Origin: Candidatus Latescibacterota bacterium
GTDB lineage: Bacteria; Latescibacterota; UBA2968; GCA-2709665
Length of the DNA stretch: 64,000 nt
NCBI GenBank assembly: GCA_963662665.2
Contig: CAXXJS010000032.1
Coordinates: 33,670-97,669, forward strand
Reading direction: 5' to 3'
Position 1 is the stretch's first letter. Each line of letters opens with the position of its first letter. A program made the translations under genes and the position numbers. Under the pieces are notes generated by a model, which was not told the origin of the DNA, ran no database searches, and worked only from the letters and a program-made list of their open reading frames with translations. Below, piece after piece: positions 11,601 to 20,240 of this stretch.

Positions 11601-14600
11601 GATCGCTCCCGCGCCGAGGGGTTTCTCGGTCACCGAGCTTGCGACGATTCCAACGGCATTCGTCTCGGCGGCGCTCTCGTTCGAGCTTTCGGGGCTGAAC
11701 GCCCGCGACCGGGTACTCATTCATGCCGGGGCCGGCGGCGTGGGGCTGGCCGCCATCCAACTTGCCCGGGCGGCAGGAGCAGAGGTGTTTGCAACCGCAA
11801 GCGCGCGCAAGCGGGACTATCTGCGCTCGCTCGGCGTGGCCCACGTGTTCGACAGTCGCACGACGGCTTTCGGTGAGGAGATTCTTGACGCCACAGACGG
11901 CGCCGGGGTCGATATGGTGCTGAACAGCCTGACCGGCGAGGGCTTCATCGAGGCAAGTCTCTCGTGCCTCGCGCACGGCGGTCGCTTCGTGGAAATGGGC
12001 AGGGTGGACATCCTGAGCGAGGACGAGATGGCGGCGGTCCGGCCGGACGTCTCGTACGACATTCTCATGATCGACGTTCTCAAGGAAGAAGAGCCCGCAC
12101 GCGCCGGCGACATCCTGCGGCGCGTGATGGCGCGGCTCACGGCCGGCGAGTTGACTCCGCTCATCCACGCCCGATGGCCTGTGGCCGAGGCGGGGCGCGC
12201 GATGAAGTGCATGCAGGGTGGTCGTCACGTCGGCAAACTCGTCTTCACCAATTCGCCGCTGGCCCGAGGCCGGTTGCGAGACGACCGGACCTATCTGGTT
12301 ACCGGAGGCCTCGGCGGGATCGGCTGCGCGGTGGCCGGCTGGCTGGCCGAACGCGGCGCCGGCGTTATCGCGCTCAACGGCCGGCGGCCCCCCGACCCCG
12401 AGGTTGAGGCGGAGATCGACGCGCTCCGCAAACGCGGCGTCCGGGTACAGGTGGAACTCGCGGATGTGACCAGCGCCGATGCACTGGATGCGATGCTGGC
12501 GCGAATGGACCGGGACCTTCCGCCGCTTGGGGGTGTTATCCACAGTGTGGGCCTGCTTTCGGACGCATCGATAGGAAACCAGCGCTGGGAGACGTTTGAG
12601 GCGGTAATGTGGCCGAAGATTCTCGGAGCCTGGCACCTTCACCGTGCAACCGTGGAACGCGATCTGGACATGTTCGTCCTCTTTTCAAGTGTGGCGGGCG
12701 TGCTGGGCAATCCGGGCCAGTCGAACCACGCGGCGGCCAACGCGTTCCTGGATCAGCTCGCCGCCCATCGACGCGCGCAAGGGCTTCCCGGACAGGCCAT
12801 CGCCTGGGGCGCATGGTCGGAGATTGGCGAAGCCGAGGAACAGCGGGAACGGATGACCCGGCGTTCGGCGACGACCGGAATCGAATGGATCACACCGCAG
12901 CAGGGGCTCCGCGCGTTCGACCGTCTGGTGCGCGAAGACGCCGATACCAGCGTTGTGCTGGCGAGGGACTGGGTCGTATTCGGTGAATCACTCGAAGACA
13001 GGCCGGACTTCCTCGAGGACCTGCTGTCAGCGGATGAGGACGGAAACGCCGACGATGCCTCCGCGCCGGACGATCTGATGGCCATGCTGGGGCAGTCGCC
13101 TGTTGCGGCCAGAGAGGCACTGCTGGTGTCGTTTCTGCAGCGGGAGGCGCAGGCGGTGCTGAGAATGCCGTCTGTTCCCGAACCCGCCGTAGGGTTTTTC
13201 GATCTGGGCATGGACTCTCTGATGGCGGTGGAGCTGAGGAATCGGCTCAACCGGGCCTTTTCAGGCGAGTATACTGCGCCGAACACCCTGGTGTTCGACT
13301 ACCCGGACATCGCGAGCCTTGCCCGTCATCTGGCCGGAGAGCTGGGCGAGGTCAGCGGTGAACCGACCGCTCCGGAACAGTCCGGGCCCGAGCGTCAGCC
13401 CGTTCTGCAGCGGGAGAGCGGCGATGAAGGCATTGCAATTGTGGGTATGGCGTGCCGGTTTCCCGGCGCCCCTGATCTCGATTCCTTCTGGCGTCTGCTC
13501 GAAGCGGGCAACGACGCAGTAACGGACGGACGCGGCGATTCCGGTACCTGGGGTGGCCTCGCCAAAGACCTCCCGACTGAGTACGCCGCGTTCCGACAGG
13601 GCGGATTTGTGGATAAGATCGATCGATTCGACTCCAGGTTCTTTCGAATCGCGCCGATAGAAGCACGAATGATGGACCCGCGGCAACGGATGCTGCTGGA
13701 AACGAGCTGGCAGGCATTGGAGGACGCAGGAATTGATCCGGACGTGTTGAGGGGAAGTCGAACCGGGATCTATGCCGGCATTTCCGCCAGTGAATACCGC
13801 GACCTTATGTCAGGCGGCAGATACGGCGTCAGCTACCTGAGCACGGCAGGGAGCATGGCGGTAGGACGCGTGTCCTACGCGTTCGGTTTCGAGGGGCCGA
13901 CAATGCCGGTGGAACTCAACTGCGCCTCGTCGCTGATCGCCGCGCACTATGCCGTTGCGGCCTTGCGGCAGGACGAAGTCGACATGGCCCTGATCGGAGG
14001 GACACATGCACTCCTTTCAGCGGACATTACCAGGGAAATGGCGGATCTCGGGATGTTGTCGGCCAGCGGTCGTTGCAGAGCCTTCGACGATTCCGCCGAT
14101 GGATTCGTGCGAAGTGAAGGCTGCGGCGTCGTCGTACTCAAACGGCTGAGCAGGGCGGAAGCCGACGGCGACCGCATCTGGGCAGTCATACGGGGGTCCG
14201 CGGTCAATCAGAACGGAGTTAGCGCCGGACCCACCGTACCCAACGGTCCGGCACAGGAGCGGGTAATTGCGGAGGCGCTGTCGCGAGGAGGCATTGCGCC
14301 CTCGGACGTGGACTACCTGGAAGCGCATGGGGCAGGTTCCGAGTTTGGCGATTCCATTGAAGTGCAGGCGGCGGCAGCGGTCTACGGCAGGGAACGCGAA
14401 GTTGACCGGCCGCTGTTGATTGGCTCCGTGAAGACGAACATTGGCCATTTGGAGCCGGCCGCGGGGGTCGCAAGCCTGATCAAGACCGTGCTGGCGATAA
14501 ATCGTGGCGTGATCCCGCGCAACCTCCACTTCCGGGAGCCGAACCCGAACCTGGACTGGGACAGTCTCCCCGTGAGCGTAGTGTCGGCCAATACCGAATG

Positions 14601-15912
14601 GCCGGCCCACCCCGAACGACCGCCGCGAGCAGGGGTGAGCGCCTTCGGTATATCGGGCACAAACGCCCATGTCGTGTTGGAAGGGTACGGACCTGCAGAC
14701 GATTCACGCACCGATGCAGGCCCGATCCTCGCAGGCGCCCCATGCTCCGTCGACGTATCACTGCCGGAGCCAATGGCCGACCTGCCGCTGCCGGAGAACG
14801 ACGTGTTACAGGCGCGTGAGACGCGGTTCCTGCCGCTTTCGGGAAAGGCGGGTGGCGCGGTAATTGACCTGGCGCGGCGTTATCTCGACTGGCTCGAACA
14901 CAGGGCTGGCGATATAGCTTCCGAAACGGCGGCGGAAGACCTGCTGGCGGACATGGCCTGGACCGCCGGGGTAGGTCGCAGCCATTTCGACTACCGGGCG
15001 GGCGTGGTCTTCAGCGATGCCCCGTCGTTACGTGAAGGGCTCATGCTGGTCGCACAGGCCGGCGATGAACCGGAAGCGGCGGCGGCCGGGAAGGTAGCGT
15101 TCGCATACACCGGGGAGGACGGCCAATGGGCACGCATGGGTCTGTCGCTGTACAGAAGGGAGCCGGTGGTGCGAGCGGTCATGGATCGCTGCAACGAGAT
15201 TCTTGGCAACACGCTGGGGGATTCGCTGTTGGACGCGATGTCCGAGGGCGCCGGATCGGACGGTGTCCTGAACGACCCGGTGTGGACGCAGCCTGTCGTC
15301 TATGCGCTGCAATGCGCGCTTACAGCGCTTTGGTCCAGTGTGGGTATCCGCCCGAACGCGGTCGTTGGACGAGGCGCGGGAGACCTCGCGGCGGCTCAGG
15401 CGGCGGGGGTTTTCTGTCTTGAGGAAGGATTGCGACTTGCATCGGCCCGGGGCGCTGAAGAACCTGTGGACGCCATTGCGGCCAAAACGCCTTCCATCGA
15501 CCTCGTCAGCAGCGTTACCGGGCTGGTCGTTGCATCGGACGAGACATTCGACACTGAGTACTGGCGCCGCCAGACAGATGAACCCGGGTCGTTTCGCAAT
15601 TGTGTCGGCACGCTGGCGGAATTGGACGTCAAAGTCATCGTGGCGGTCGGCCCGAACGGTGTAAACGGTGCCGACGTACTTCAGGCCCGGTCGAAGTCAG
15701 CCGAAGGCGACGAGGCTCCGGTTGTCATCGACAGCCTGCAGTCTCCAACGTGCGACAATGCGGGGGCGGGTGACGGTGGGTTTGTTAAAGCGGTTGCGGA
15801 CGTATACGAATCGGGGCTCGCGGTTTCCTTTGCGGGGTTGTTCGCGGGCGAAACCCGGCGCCGCGTCGCGTTGCCTCCATACCCCTTCCAGCGACGGCGC
15901 CACTGGATTTAA
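5653..15912 (+). CDS. supA: Type I polyketide synthase, SupA-like (KS-AT-DH-cMT-ER-KR-ACP-KS-AT0)
   Basis: KS DTACSSS/HGTGT/NIGHLE; AT GHSFG..NAFHS; DH HRVFGRVLAP..DGCFQ; MT LEVGAGTGS..NVLHAT; ER LIHAGAGGVG; KR TGGLGGIG; ACP LGMDSL; second KS ELNCASS; second AT GRGAG (no Ser). The PKS call is near-certain; the gene symbol rests on architecture. Confidence 0.9.
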   Translation: MTESDRQFDSSEKRRTGHEGPVSAQPIAIVGIACRFPSASDVPGFWQLLDSGGNAVSEGVPGSGSGRVGELFPDREAQAAACRYGAYLDGLELFDASFFRISPAEAQLLDPQQRLMLETSWRALEDAGMDPDGLKGSRTGVYAGISNNEYRGLILDASDTAEPAPSLYSVTGTSFNTAIGRVAYVLGLEGPAIALDTACSSSLVAIHQAVSGLERGESDLALAGGVHAILSGRLLEMRANAGMLSPDGRCATFDAAANGYVRGEGCGIVVLKRLSEAEADGNRIWAVIRGSAVNQDGASAGLTVPNEDAQMRVMESAMHRAGLRPVDVDYVEAHGTGTEVGDPIEARSTAAAYGRGRQPDNPLLIGSVKTNIGHLEAAAGVAGVIKVALSMNQGIIPRHLHFRNPNPEMDWGRMPLRVTADSTDWPRHSHRPYRAGISGFGWSGTNAHVILEGYGTGGESTADFERFQMPAGSPLKVAVSPRNGKEEESLSGRDTRFLPLSGKSNEALCELAGRYVNWLDSCALEADDAGAAGEMLADMVWTAGVGRSHFTHRAGIVFSDETSLREGLRAVADSGAVAGVQTPSRVAFLYTGQGSHWVGMGESLYRTEPVARTVLDRCDAELAKERGESLLDAMFGRSGDLADQVWTQAGIFSLECALTALWESIGVCPQVVMGHSFGELAAAQAAGVFSLEEGVRFAAARGSLAATLPGGGAMAAIFADVPQVEAAIGDLNAAARGTGLCIAAFNGAHQVVSGPEALVDEISERFLSEDIRVNRLNTGNAFHSPFVDPMLDGLERVVAGLETSPPKLTLVSNVTGRVFEPGERMDGAYWRRHTREPVAFSRSMETLARMGVDLIVEVGPHAVLGSMATLAWPDTAGNTDPPVALSSLLRPSTRVSQAEADRAFTKAAASAYEAGLQLSFSGLYAGEARRRIALPDYPFQRQRHWIDAPRRRRTRSDHALLGERHESASGEITFETDVFPSDPEWLNDHRVFGRVLAPGALYGAMAASAASAEVGSCNLEDMQLHNPLIFPEAGDESGDAGRKIQVLFDGGEDGASRRVRILSRGQEGAEWTLHAEAQIASGPPAPGSEPCPDLNNLKSRMSPENVPAFYRAKAEVGIDLGPRFRTLGAVWSRPGEALGEVSLSDAQDRGGLDIHPLLLDGCFQVLGAARSAGSDDDGITYLPFAWERFWLAGPLPDQLVCHVRMREDASNREPDEEAGEPAEVLAGDLRVYDVNGELVGELTGYTVKRATRATLLAAVEGLDELLYEVVWRDGALAPGLLDADFLPNPETVAAGSGFFTRYLEAEGVGAEARDALLEDLELLSRSYALQTFDRLGWDRKAGESVDPEELRERLGVIPDHKRLFRRLLEMLSRSGVLNEAGDGFVVLVGSGDALPEELRDDADDCAVSMAGLHSHGSNEIGLFRRSGNALADVLRDKEDPLTLLFSSGEPTAADLYLKAPVARAANRMLGDAIRTLVAGLPRGRQLRILEVGAGTGSATASVLPELPDGSFNYTYTDISAGFFSEAESRFGDDAVEYRVLDIEKHPGEQGFEAHAYDLVIASNVLHATRYLNDTLSHCRELLAPSGQLVALENLRGQGWLDLTFGQLDGWWRFADAYRPHHALASPAVWRQALEDAGFGIVEVLGVDESGLAGMPDRGVIVAQGPVKVTEQAGTWVLAVDEGGVAEQLAAELAARNQTVVLAGREAESKCSSRVVKKNVDMERRESWRALLSELPGDAPLTGVVHLASLDGHGPQATTAEMAADVKRVTASALALVQGLLDADLTPERGTWFITGGAQILEQERGGQIAGATLWGFSKVAAREAHHLQPRMIDLDPGDAAPLTGVANELLYPDSETHIAYRFGRRQCARLVRATDVTDRLTLPEEPGWTLEPDAGGSLDAIQVAPEPEQPLAPGEVRAAIEAFGLNFRDVFIALGLVDDFMGGEFCGRVLEVGDGVSGVEVGDRVVGMTFRNYGSETVTLEKMIAPAPRGFSVTELATIPTAFVSAALSFELSGLNARDRVLIHAGAGGVGLAAIQLARAAGAEVFATASARKRDYLRSLGVAHVFDSRTTAFGEEILDATDGAGVDMVLNSLTGEGFIEASLSCLAHGGRFVEMGRVDILSEDEMAAVRPDVSYDILMIDVLKEEEPARAGDILRRVMARLTAGELTPLIHARWPVAEAGRAMKCMQGGRHVGKLVFTNSPLARGRLRDDRTYLVTGGLGGIGCAVAGWLAERGAGVIALNGRRPPDPEVEAEIDALRKRGVRVQVELADVTSADALDAMLARMDRDLPPLGGVIHSVGLLSDASIGNQRWETFEAVMWPKILGAWHLHRATVERDLDMFVLFSSVAGVLGNPGQSNHAAANAFLDQLAAHRRAQGLPGQAIAWGAWSEIGEAEEQRERMTRRSATTGIEWITPQQGLRAFDRLVREDADTSVVLARDWVVFGESLEDRPDFLEDLLSADEDGNADDASAPDDLMAMLGQSPVAAREALLVSFLQREAQAVLRMPSVPEPAVGFFDLGMDSLMAVELRNRLNRAFSGEYTAPNTLVFDYPDIASLARHLAGELGEVSGEPTAPEQSGPERQPVLQRESGDEGIAIVGMACRFPGAPDLDSFWRLLEAGNDAVTDGRGDSGTWGGLAKDLPTEYAAFRQGGFVDKIDRFDSRFFRIAPIEARMMDPRQRMLLETSWQALEDAGIDPDVLRGSRTGIYAGISASEYRDLMSGGRYGVSYLSTAGSMAVGRVSYAFGFEGPTMPVELNCASSLIAAHYAVAALRQDEVDMALIGGTHALLSADITREMADLGMLSASGRCRAFDDSADGFVRSEGCGVVVLKRLSRAEADGDRIWAVIRGSAVNQNGVSAGPTVPNGPAQERVIAEALSRGGIAPSDVDYLEAHGAGSEFGDSIEVQAAAAVYGREREVDRPLLIGSVKTNIGHLEPAAGVASLIKTVLAINRGVIPRNLHFREPNPNLDWDSLPVSVVSANTEWPAHPERPPRAGVSAFGISGTNAHVVLEGYGPADDSRTDAGPILAGAPCSVDVSLPEPMADLPLPENDVLQARETRFLPLSGKAGGAVIDLARRYLDWLEHRAGDIASETAAEDLLADMAWTAGVGRSHFDYRAGVVFSDAPSLREGLMLVAQAGDEPEAAAAGKVAFAYTGEDGQWARMGLSLYRREPVVRAVMDRCNEILGNTLGDSLLDAMSEGAGSDGVLNDPVWTQPVVYALQCALTALWSSVGIRPNAVVGRGAGDLAAAQAAGVFCLEEGLRLASARGAEEPVDAIAAKTPSIDLVSSVTGLVVASDETFDTEYWRRQTDEPGSFRNCVGTLAELDVKVIVAVGPNGVNGADVLQARSKSAEGDEAPVVIDSLQSPTCDNAGAGDGGFVKAVADVYESGLAVSFAGLFAGETRRRVALPPYPFQRRRHWI

Positions 15913-16072
15913 CGAGAGGGGTCCTCACACCGGCGGCTTGAAATGAAAACCGCGATAGTGTACTTGAACAATATAGCAGAATGGCTGGGCGCAAGGCGTA
16001 TTTTTACGGTATTGTCAACGCCGCGAACGGGGAACATCATTGCGCAAAAAGGACGCGCTCCAAAAAAACGGT

Positions 16073-16101
16073 TTGACTTGACGTGTTACGATCGCTATTT
16101 T
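16073..16101 (+). promoter_or_regulatory. Putative sigma70 promoter of the free ACP
   Basis: TTGACT-N17-TATTTT in an AT-rich spacer. Confidence 0.5.
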
Positions 16102-16145
16102 ACTTGTTAGTTCAACCATCAACCTAATATGAAAGGGTCATTTCA

Positions 16146-16385
16146 ATGGCGTCAACGGAAGATCGTATCAAGAAGCTCGTCGCGGAGAATCTTGAAGTGG
16201 ACGGGCAACCTATCTCGCTGCCGGATGACCTGAACATCAGCCTGATGGAGGCCGGCATTTCCTCCGTGGACCTCGTCGCGTTCGCAAAACTGGTCGCGCA
16301 GGAATTCGACGTGAAATTTACGCTTCAGGATTGCGGCGAGGTCAAGAGCATCCGGGACCTTTGCAATCGCCTGGATGCAGGGTGA
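16146..16385 (+). CDS. Stand-alone acyl carrier protein (SupB-like)
   Basis: 79 aa acidic protein with LMEAGISSVDLV (variant of LGxDSL) and EFDV; directly after the PKS. Confidence 0.85.
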   Translation: MASTEDRIKKLVAENLEVDGQPISLPDDLNISLMEAGISSVDLVAFAKLVAQEFDVKFTLQDCGEVKSIRDLCNRLDAG

Positions 16386-16494
16386 TAAGCTTTCCAACCG
16401 GAAAGAGAGTGTTCACTGCTTGAGGGCTGGCCCCGGATTCCAATCCGGGGCCACATTGAATTTGAGGAGAATCAATTCAAGTAACGGGACGCAC

Positions 16495-17454
16495 GTGCGA
16501 GTTGAGACGTTAACCGATGACCGTACAGACGAGACCACTGATTTGACCACCAACTCGAAAACCGTCTGGGAGATACCGGAGCCGTTATCCACAGTCGCCG
16601 TTTCCGTGGACGATGAAACTGAAATCTTCCTGCGCCGTCATGGAAATCCCAGGGGTCCGCGTCTCGTACTCAGCCATGGCAACGGTCTCGCTATCGATCT
16701 CTATTTTCCGTTCTGGTCTCTGCTGATAGACGATTTCGACCTGATTGTCTACGATCTGAGAAACCACGGTTGGAACGGGGTCAGTACGCTTCATGAGCAT
16801 AGCGTTCCCACGTTCGTCAATGACCACGACCGTGTTCTCGAAGCGATTGACCGGCACTTCGGGGAAAAGCCGAAAATAGGCATATTCCATTCGGTATCGG
16901 CCCTGACCACGCTTCTGTCCCCCGAGAGAGGCAGTGGATTGGCCGCGTGCATTCTGTACGACCCCCCATTGTGCAAGCACGGCGCCAGTTACGAAGAGTT
17001 CGATGCTGCGGCCGATCGTGTGGCCGCGATGACCCGGCGCCGCGCGAGTCAATTCAATACCAGGGAGGAATTTGCGGAAGTTCTTCCCTACCTTCCAACC
17101 TTCCAGCGTGTCGTACCCGGAGTTTTCGAGCTTGTAGCAAGGACAACGCTTCGCGAATCCGCGAATGGAACGGGCTTCGTGCTTCGATGTCCTCGCGAAT
17201 ACGAAGCGCAGATAGTGGATTACGCGGCCACGTTCGCCGTGCTGGTGGACTTTCACACATTCTGTTGTCCCCTGAAGGTCATCGGCGCCGATCCCACTTT
17301 GCCTTTTTCATATCTGCCGACGCTGGACCTCAGCGATATTGTTACCGTCGATTACGATTTCCTCCCTGAAACAACCCACCTCCTGCAAATGGAACAACCC
17401 GAGGAGTGCGTCGCGGCGATGCACGAATTCCTCAAAAGTCATTCGCTGGTCTGA
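16495..17454 (+). CDS. Alpha/beta hydrolase, possible trans-acting thioesterase/transacylase (start uncertain)
   Basis: SHGNG, YDLRNHG, nucleophile elbow GIFHSVSA, late His (THLLQME). Confidence 0.85.
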   Translation: MRVETLTDDRTDETTDLTTNSKTVWEIPEPLSTVAVSVDDETEIFLRRHGNPRGPRLVLSHGNGLAIDLYFPFWSLLIDDFDLIVYDLRNHGWNGVSTLHEHSVPTFVNDHDRVLEAIDRHFGEKPKIGIFHSVSALTTLLSPERGSGLAACILYDPPLCKHGASYEEFDAAADRVAAMTRRRASQFNTREEFAEVLPYLPTFQRVVPGVFELVARTTLRESANGTGFVLRCPREYEAQIVDYAATFAVLVDFHTFCCPLKVIGADPTLPFSYLPTLDLSDIVTVDYDFLPETTHLLQMEQPEECVAAMHEFLKSHSLV

Positions 17455-17654
17455 TCTGCCTCCTTTCCATTGCGTCACGCGTCGTTCCCGCCGGAGCCTG
17501 GCTATCCACCCGCAGCAATAGTGTCCGCCGGGCCAACACGCGCCTTCCACCCTCACCCCAACGTTTTCAGTGATCCGGACTCATGGGAGTCGAATTGAAT
17601 GAACCATAGCCGGTACCCGCGAAACGATACCACGATACCTCGGGAATCCTTAAC

Positions 17655-18275
17655 TTGACCCTGCAACGGGACCAATTTCGACTATTGACAGAATTCCTGT
17701 TGATGCTGCGGATGGCGATATGTATCGGCGGCGTCGTATGCCAATCGGCGAGCGCGGCAGCACAGGACGGCAACGGGGGCAACACCGTCCTGTGGGACAC
17801 GACGCTGAAAACGATCCGGGCAAAATTCCCGGCGGTCGCCCAGATACCGACCGATACGCTGCAGTCCTGGCTGGACAAATCGCCGAAGCAGGAGGATCTC
17901 ATTCTGTTGGATATACGGGAGCCAGAGGAATTCGCTGTCAGCCACTTGCCCGGCGCCCGGCCGGCCCCATCGAATGACGAGGCACTGAAGGCGATCCGTG
18001 GCACACCCGCGAATCGGCGAATCGTCCTGTACTGTTCCATTGGGTACCGCTCCTCAGACGTTGCGGAGTTTCTGATGAAGCGAGGGTATACGGAGGTCTA
18101 CAATCTGGAGGGATCGATATTCGCGTGGGCTAACGAAGGACGACCGGTCTACCGGGGCAGCGAACGGGTGCCCGTCGTCCATCCGTATGACGAATACTGG
18201 GGCCGACTATTAAAAAAATCATTGCGGCCAGCGGTCAAGGACGATTCCCGTGCGCCGCGGGCGACGTCGCAATGA
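17655..18275 (+). CDS. Rhodanese-like domain protein, probably exported (start uncertain)
   Basis: LLDIREPEEFAVSHLPGA, YCSIGYRS, NLEGSIFAW. Confidence 0.88.
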   Translation: MTLQRDQFRLLTEFLLMLRMAICIGGVVCQSASAAAQDGNGGNTVLWDTTLKTIRAKFPAVAQIPTDTLQSWLDKSPKQEDLILLDIREPEEFAVSHLPGARPAPSNDEALKAIRGTPANRRIVLYCSIGYRSSDVAEFLMKRGYTEVYNLEGSIFAWANEGRPVYRGSERVPVVHPYDEYWGRLLKKSLRPAVKDDSRAPRATSQ

Positions 18276-18293
18276 GTACCCTACCGGTGGTGC

Positions 18294-18980
18294 ATGGTGA
18301 AACTGGTCCTTACGAACGATGACGGTATTGAGGCAGAGGGATTGAACGTTCTGGTTCGGCTGGGGTCACAGTGGGGTGAGGTTGTGGTTGTCGCACCTGC
18401 GGAGCCTCAGTCGGGCGTCGGACATAAATTGACAGTCGACAAGCCCATACGCGTCGATGAACTTTCGGAAGCCCGATTCAGGGTCTGGGGCACACCGGCA
18501 GACTGTTCCCGTCTGGCCCTGAGCCAGCTGGCCCGCGACGCCGACTGGGTCCTCTCAGGTATCAATGACAGTGGCAATCTTGGGGTGGATGTCTACGAAT
18601 CCGGGACCGTGGCCGCGGCCCGGGAGGCTGCTATTCACGGTTGCAAGGCGATGTCCCTGTCACACTATACCGTAAAGGACCGGCCGATCGACTGGCGTCT
18701 GGCCGCCGAACGGCTTGAATCGGTTCTGTGCAGACTACTGGACGAAACGCTTGAAGCCGGGTGTTTCCTCAACGTGAATCTGCCCCATCCCGAACACGAA
18801 GGGGTTCGCCTGGAAACGAGGCAGGCTCACGTCGACAAGAGTCCTCAGGCAATCAGGTTCGAGCGAAACGACCGTGATTTTCAATATGCCGGCGTCTACC
18901 AGGAGCGCCCGCGACAACCCGGAAGCGACGTCGACGTCTGTTTCAACGGCCATATTTCGATCTCAAGAATCCGCGTTTGA
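18294..18980 (+). CDS. surE: 5'/3'-nucleotidase SurE
   Basis: LTNDDG, QSGVGH, GTPADC, SGIN..NLG.D..SGTVAAA.EA. Confidence 0.95.
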   Translation: MVKLVLTNDDGIEAEGLNVLVRLGSQWGEVVVVAPAEPQSGVGHKLTVDKPIRVDELSEARFRVWGTPADCSRLALSQLARDADWVLSGINDSGNLGVDVYESGTVAAAREAAIHGCKAMSLSHYTVKDRPIDWRLAAERLESVLCRLLDETLEAGCFLNVNLPHPEHEGVRLETRQAHVDKSPQAIRFERNDRDFQYAGVYQERPRQPGSDVDVCFNGHISISRIRV

Positions 18981-19276
18981 ATGGATGGCGCTTCACCCCG
19001 TGGCTGCACAGAGACCAACACGGCCGTGAAGGCGCCGATCCGTCTTGTTTCGTTGCGTTGTTTACACTGAACTTGTCAAGACGTGGGCATTGCCTGTGCT
19101 GCTTGCGTTGAGCTTGTCGAAACGGCTCGTCTGAGAAAGCATGTCGAAATGCCCGTGTTAACTGACCCAATTAACGCTCTTCAGCGCCCTTCGCCGTCCT
19201 GAGCCTAATGCCAGCCGGGCGCACTGGCGGCCGAATTTCAGAGATCTTTTTCCGGGACAGAACACCAGGAGGCACT

Positions 19277-20179
19277 ATGCCCCGACATCCCGAGACCAGT
19301 AAGGGAGTTGACAATCCCTGGTACCCGGAAGGCGGTCCGGGACGTCACCTCAAAGCCCGGCTGAAACGTGGCGACGTGCTGATCGGCGCGACGATTGAGG
19401 CGTATGCCCATCCTTCTCTCGTCAAATTGTTCCGGCACGCCGGTTTCGACTTCGTCTACATTGAGTACGAGCACAGCCTCTTCGACCTGCAGGACCTGGC
19501 CGACACCATCCTCGCCGCCCGCGACAACGGTTTGCCCGTCATCGCCAAGACGCCCCAACTGGAACGCCAGGAGGTCTCGAAGTTGCTGGAAGCGGGCGTG
19601 GTGGGAATCCAGCTGCCCAGAACGGAAACCCGCGAGGATGTGCAGCGCCTGCTGAGTTATCTGAAATTTCCCCCGGCGGGAACCCGCGCCGTGGCGCCCG
19701 GTTGGGGCAACAGCGACTACCGGGAGGTTGCGGACTGGCGGGGATGGATGGAAGAACAGGACCGGGAGACCGCGCTGGTTGTGCATCTGGAGACGGTCAG
19801 GGGGTATCGGAACGCGGAGGAGATTCTGAGCATGCCCGGGGTCGACATGTGCTTCGTGGGGCCGGGAGACACCTCCATCGAGTTTGGCCACCCCGGCGAC
19901 TTCGATCACCCGGAGGTGCGCGGCCCGATGGAAGCGGCGCTGAATCTCTGCAAAGCGTACGGCGTGGCCTTCGGCACCATGCCATGGAGTGGGACCTCCG
20001 CGGGCGAGTGGGCACGCAGGGGGGCCACCTTCTTCGAAGCCACGTCTGAATTGGGGTTCATCCGGGCGGGCGCCGCCGCCCTGTTGGGCGAATATCGGGC
20101 GCATCTCAACTCGGGACAGGAAACGCCCACGGAGGAAAAACGGTCCGAGTCGGAACCAACCGGAAAGAGTGCAACCTGA
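19277..20179 (+). CDS. HpcH/HpaI aldolase family protein
   Basis: GFDFVYIEYEHS, LKFPPAGTR, VHLET, GVDMCFVGPGD; RBS AGGAGG before ATG 19277. Confidence 0.88.
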   Translation: MPRHPETSKGVDNPWYPEGGPGRHLKARLKRGDVLIGATIEAYAHPSLVKLFRHAGFDFVYIEYEHSLFDLQDLADTILAARDNGLPVIAKTPQLERQEVSKLLEAGVVGIQLPRTETREDVQRLLSYLKFPPAGTRAVAPGWGNSDYREVADWRGWMEEQDRETALVVHLETVRGYRNAEEILSMPGVDMCFVGPGDTSIEFGHPGDFDHPEVRGPMEAALNLCKAYGVAFGTMPWSGTSAGEWARRGATFFEATSELGFIRAGAAALLGEYRAHLNSGQETPTEEKRSESEPTGKSAT

Positions 20180-20240
20180 AGCTTCAGCACCGGCTCCTGT
20201 GCCGGGCGCTACGGATTTCTTGCGTCTCAGGTTGAACGCT

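Noticed and set aside
10894-12642. 582-aa - strand ORF
   Set aside because: Antisense to the PKS ER/KR domains; shadow ORF
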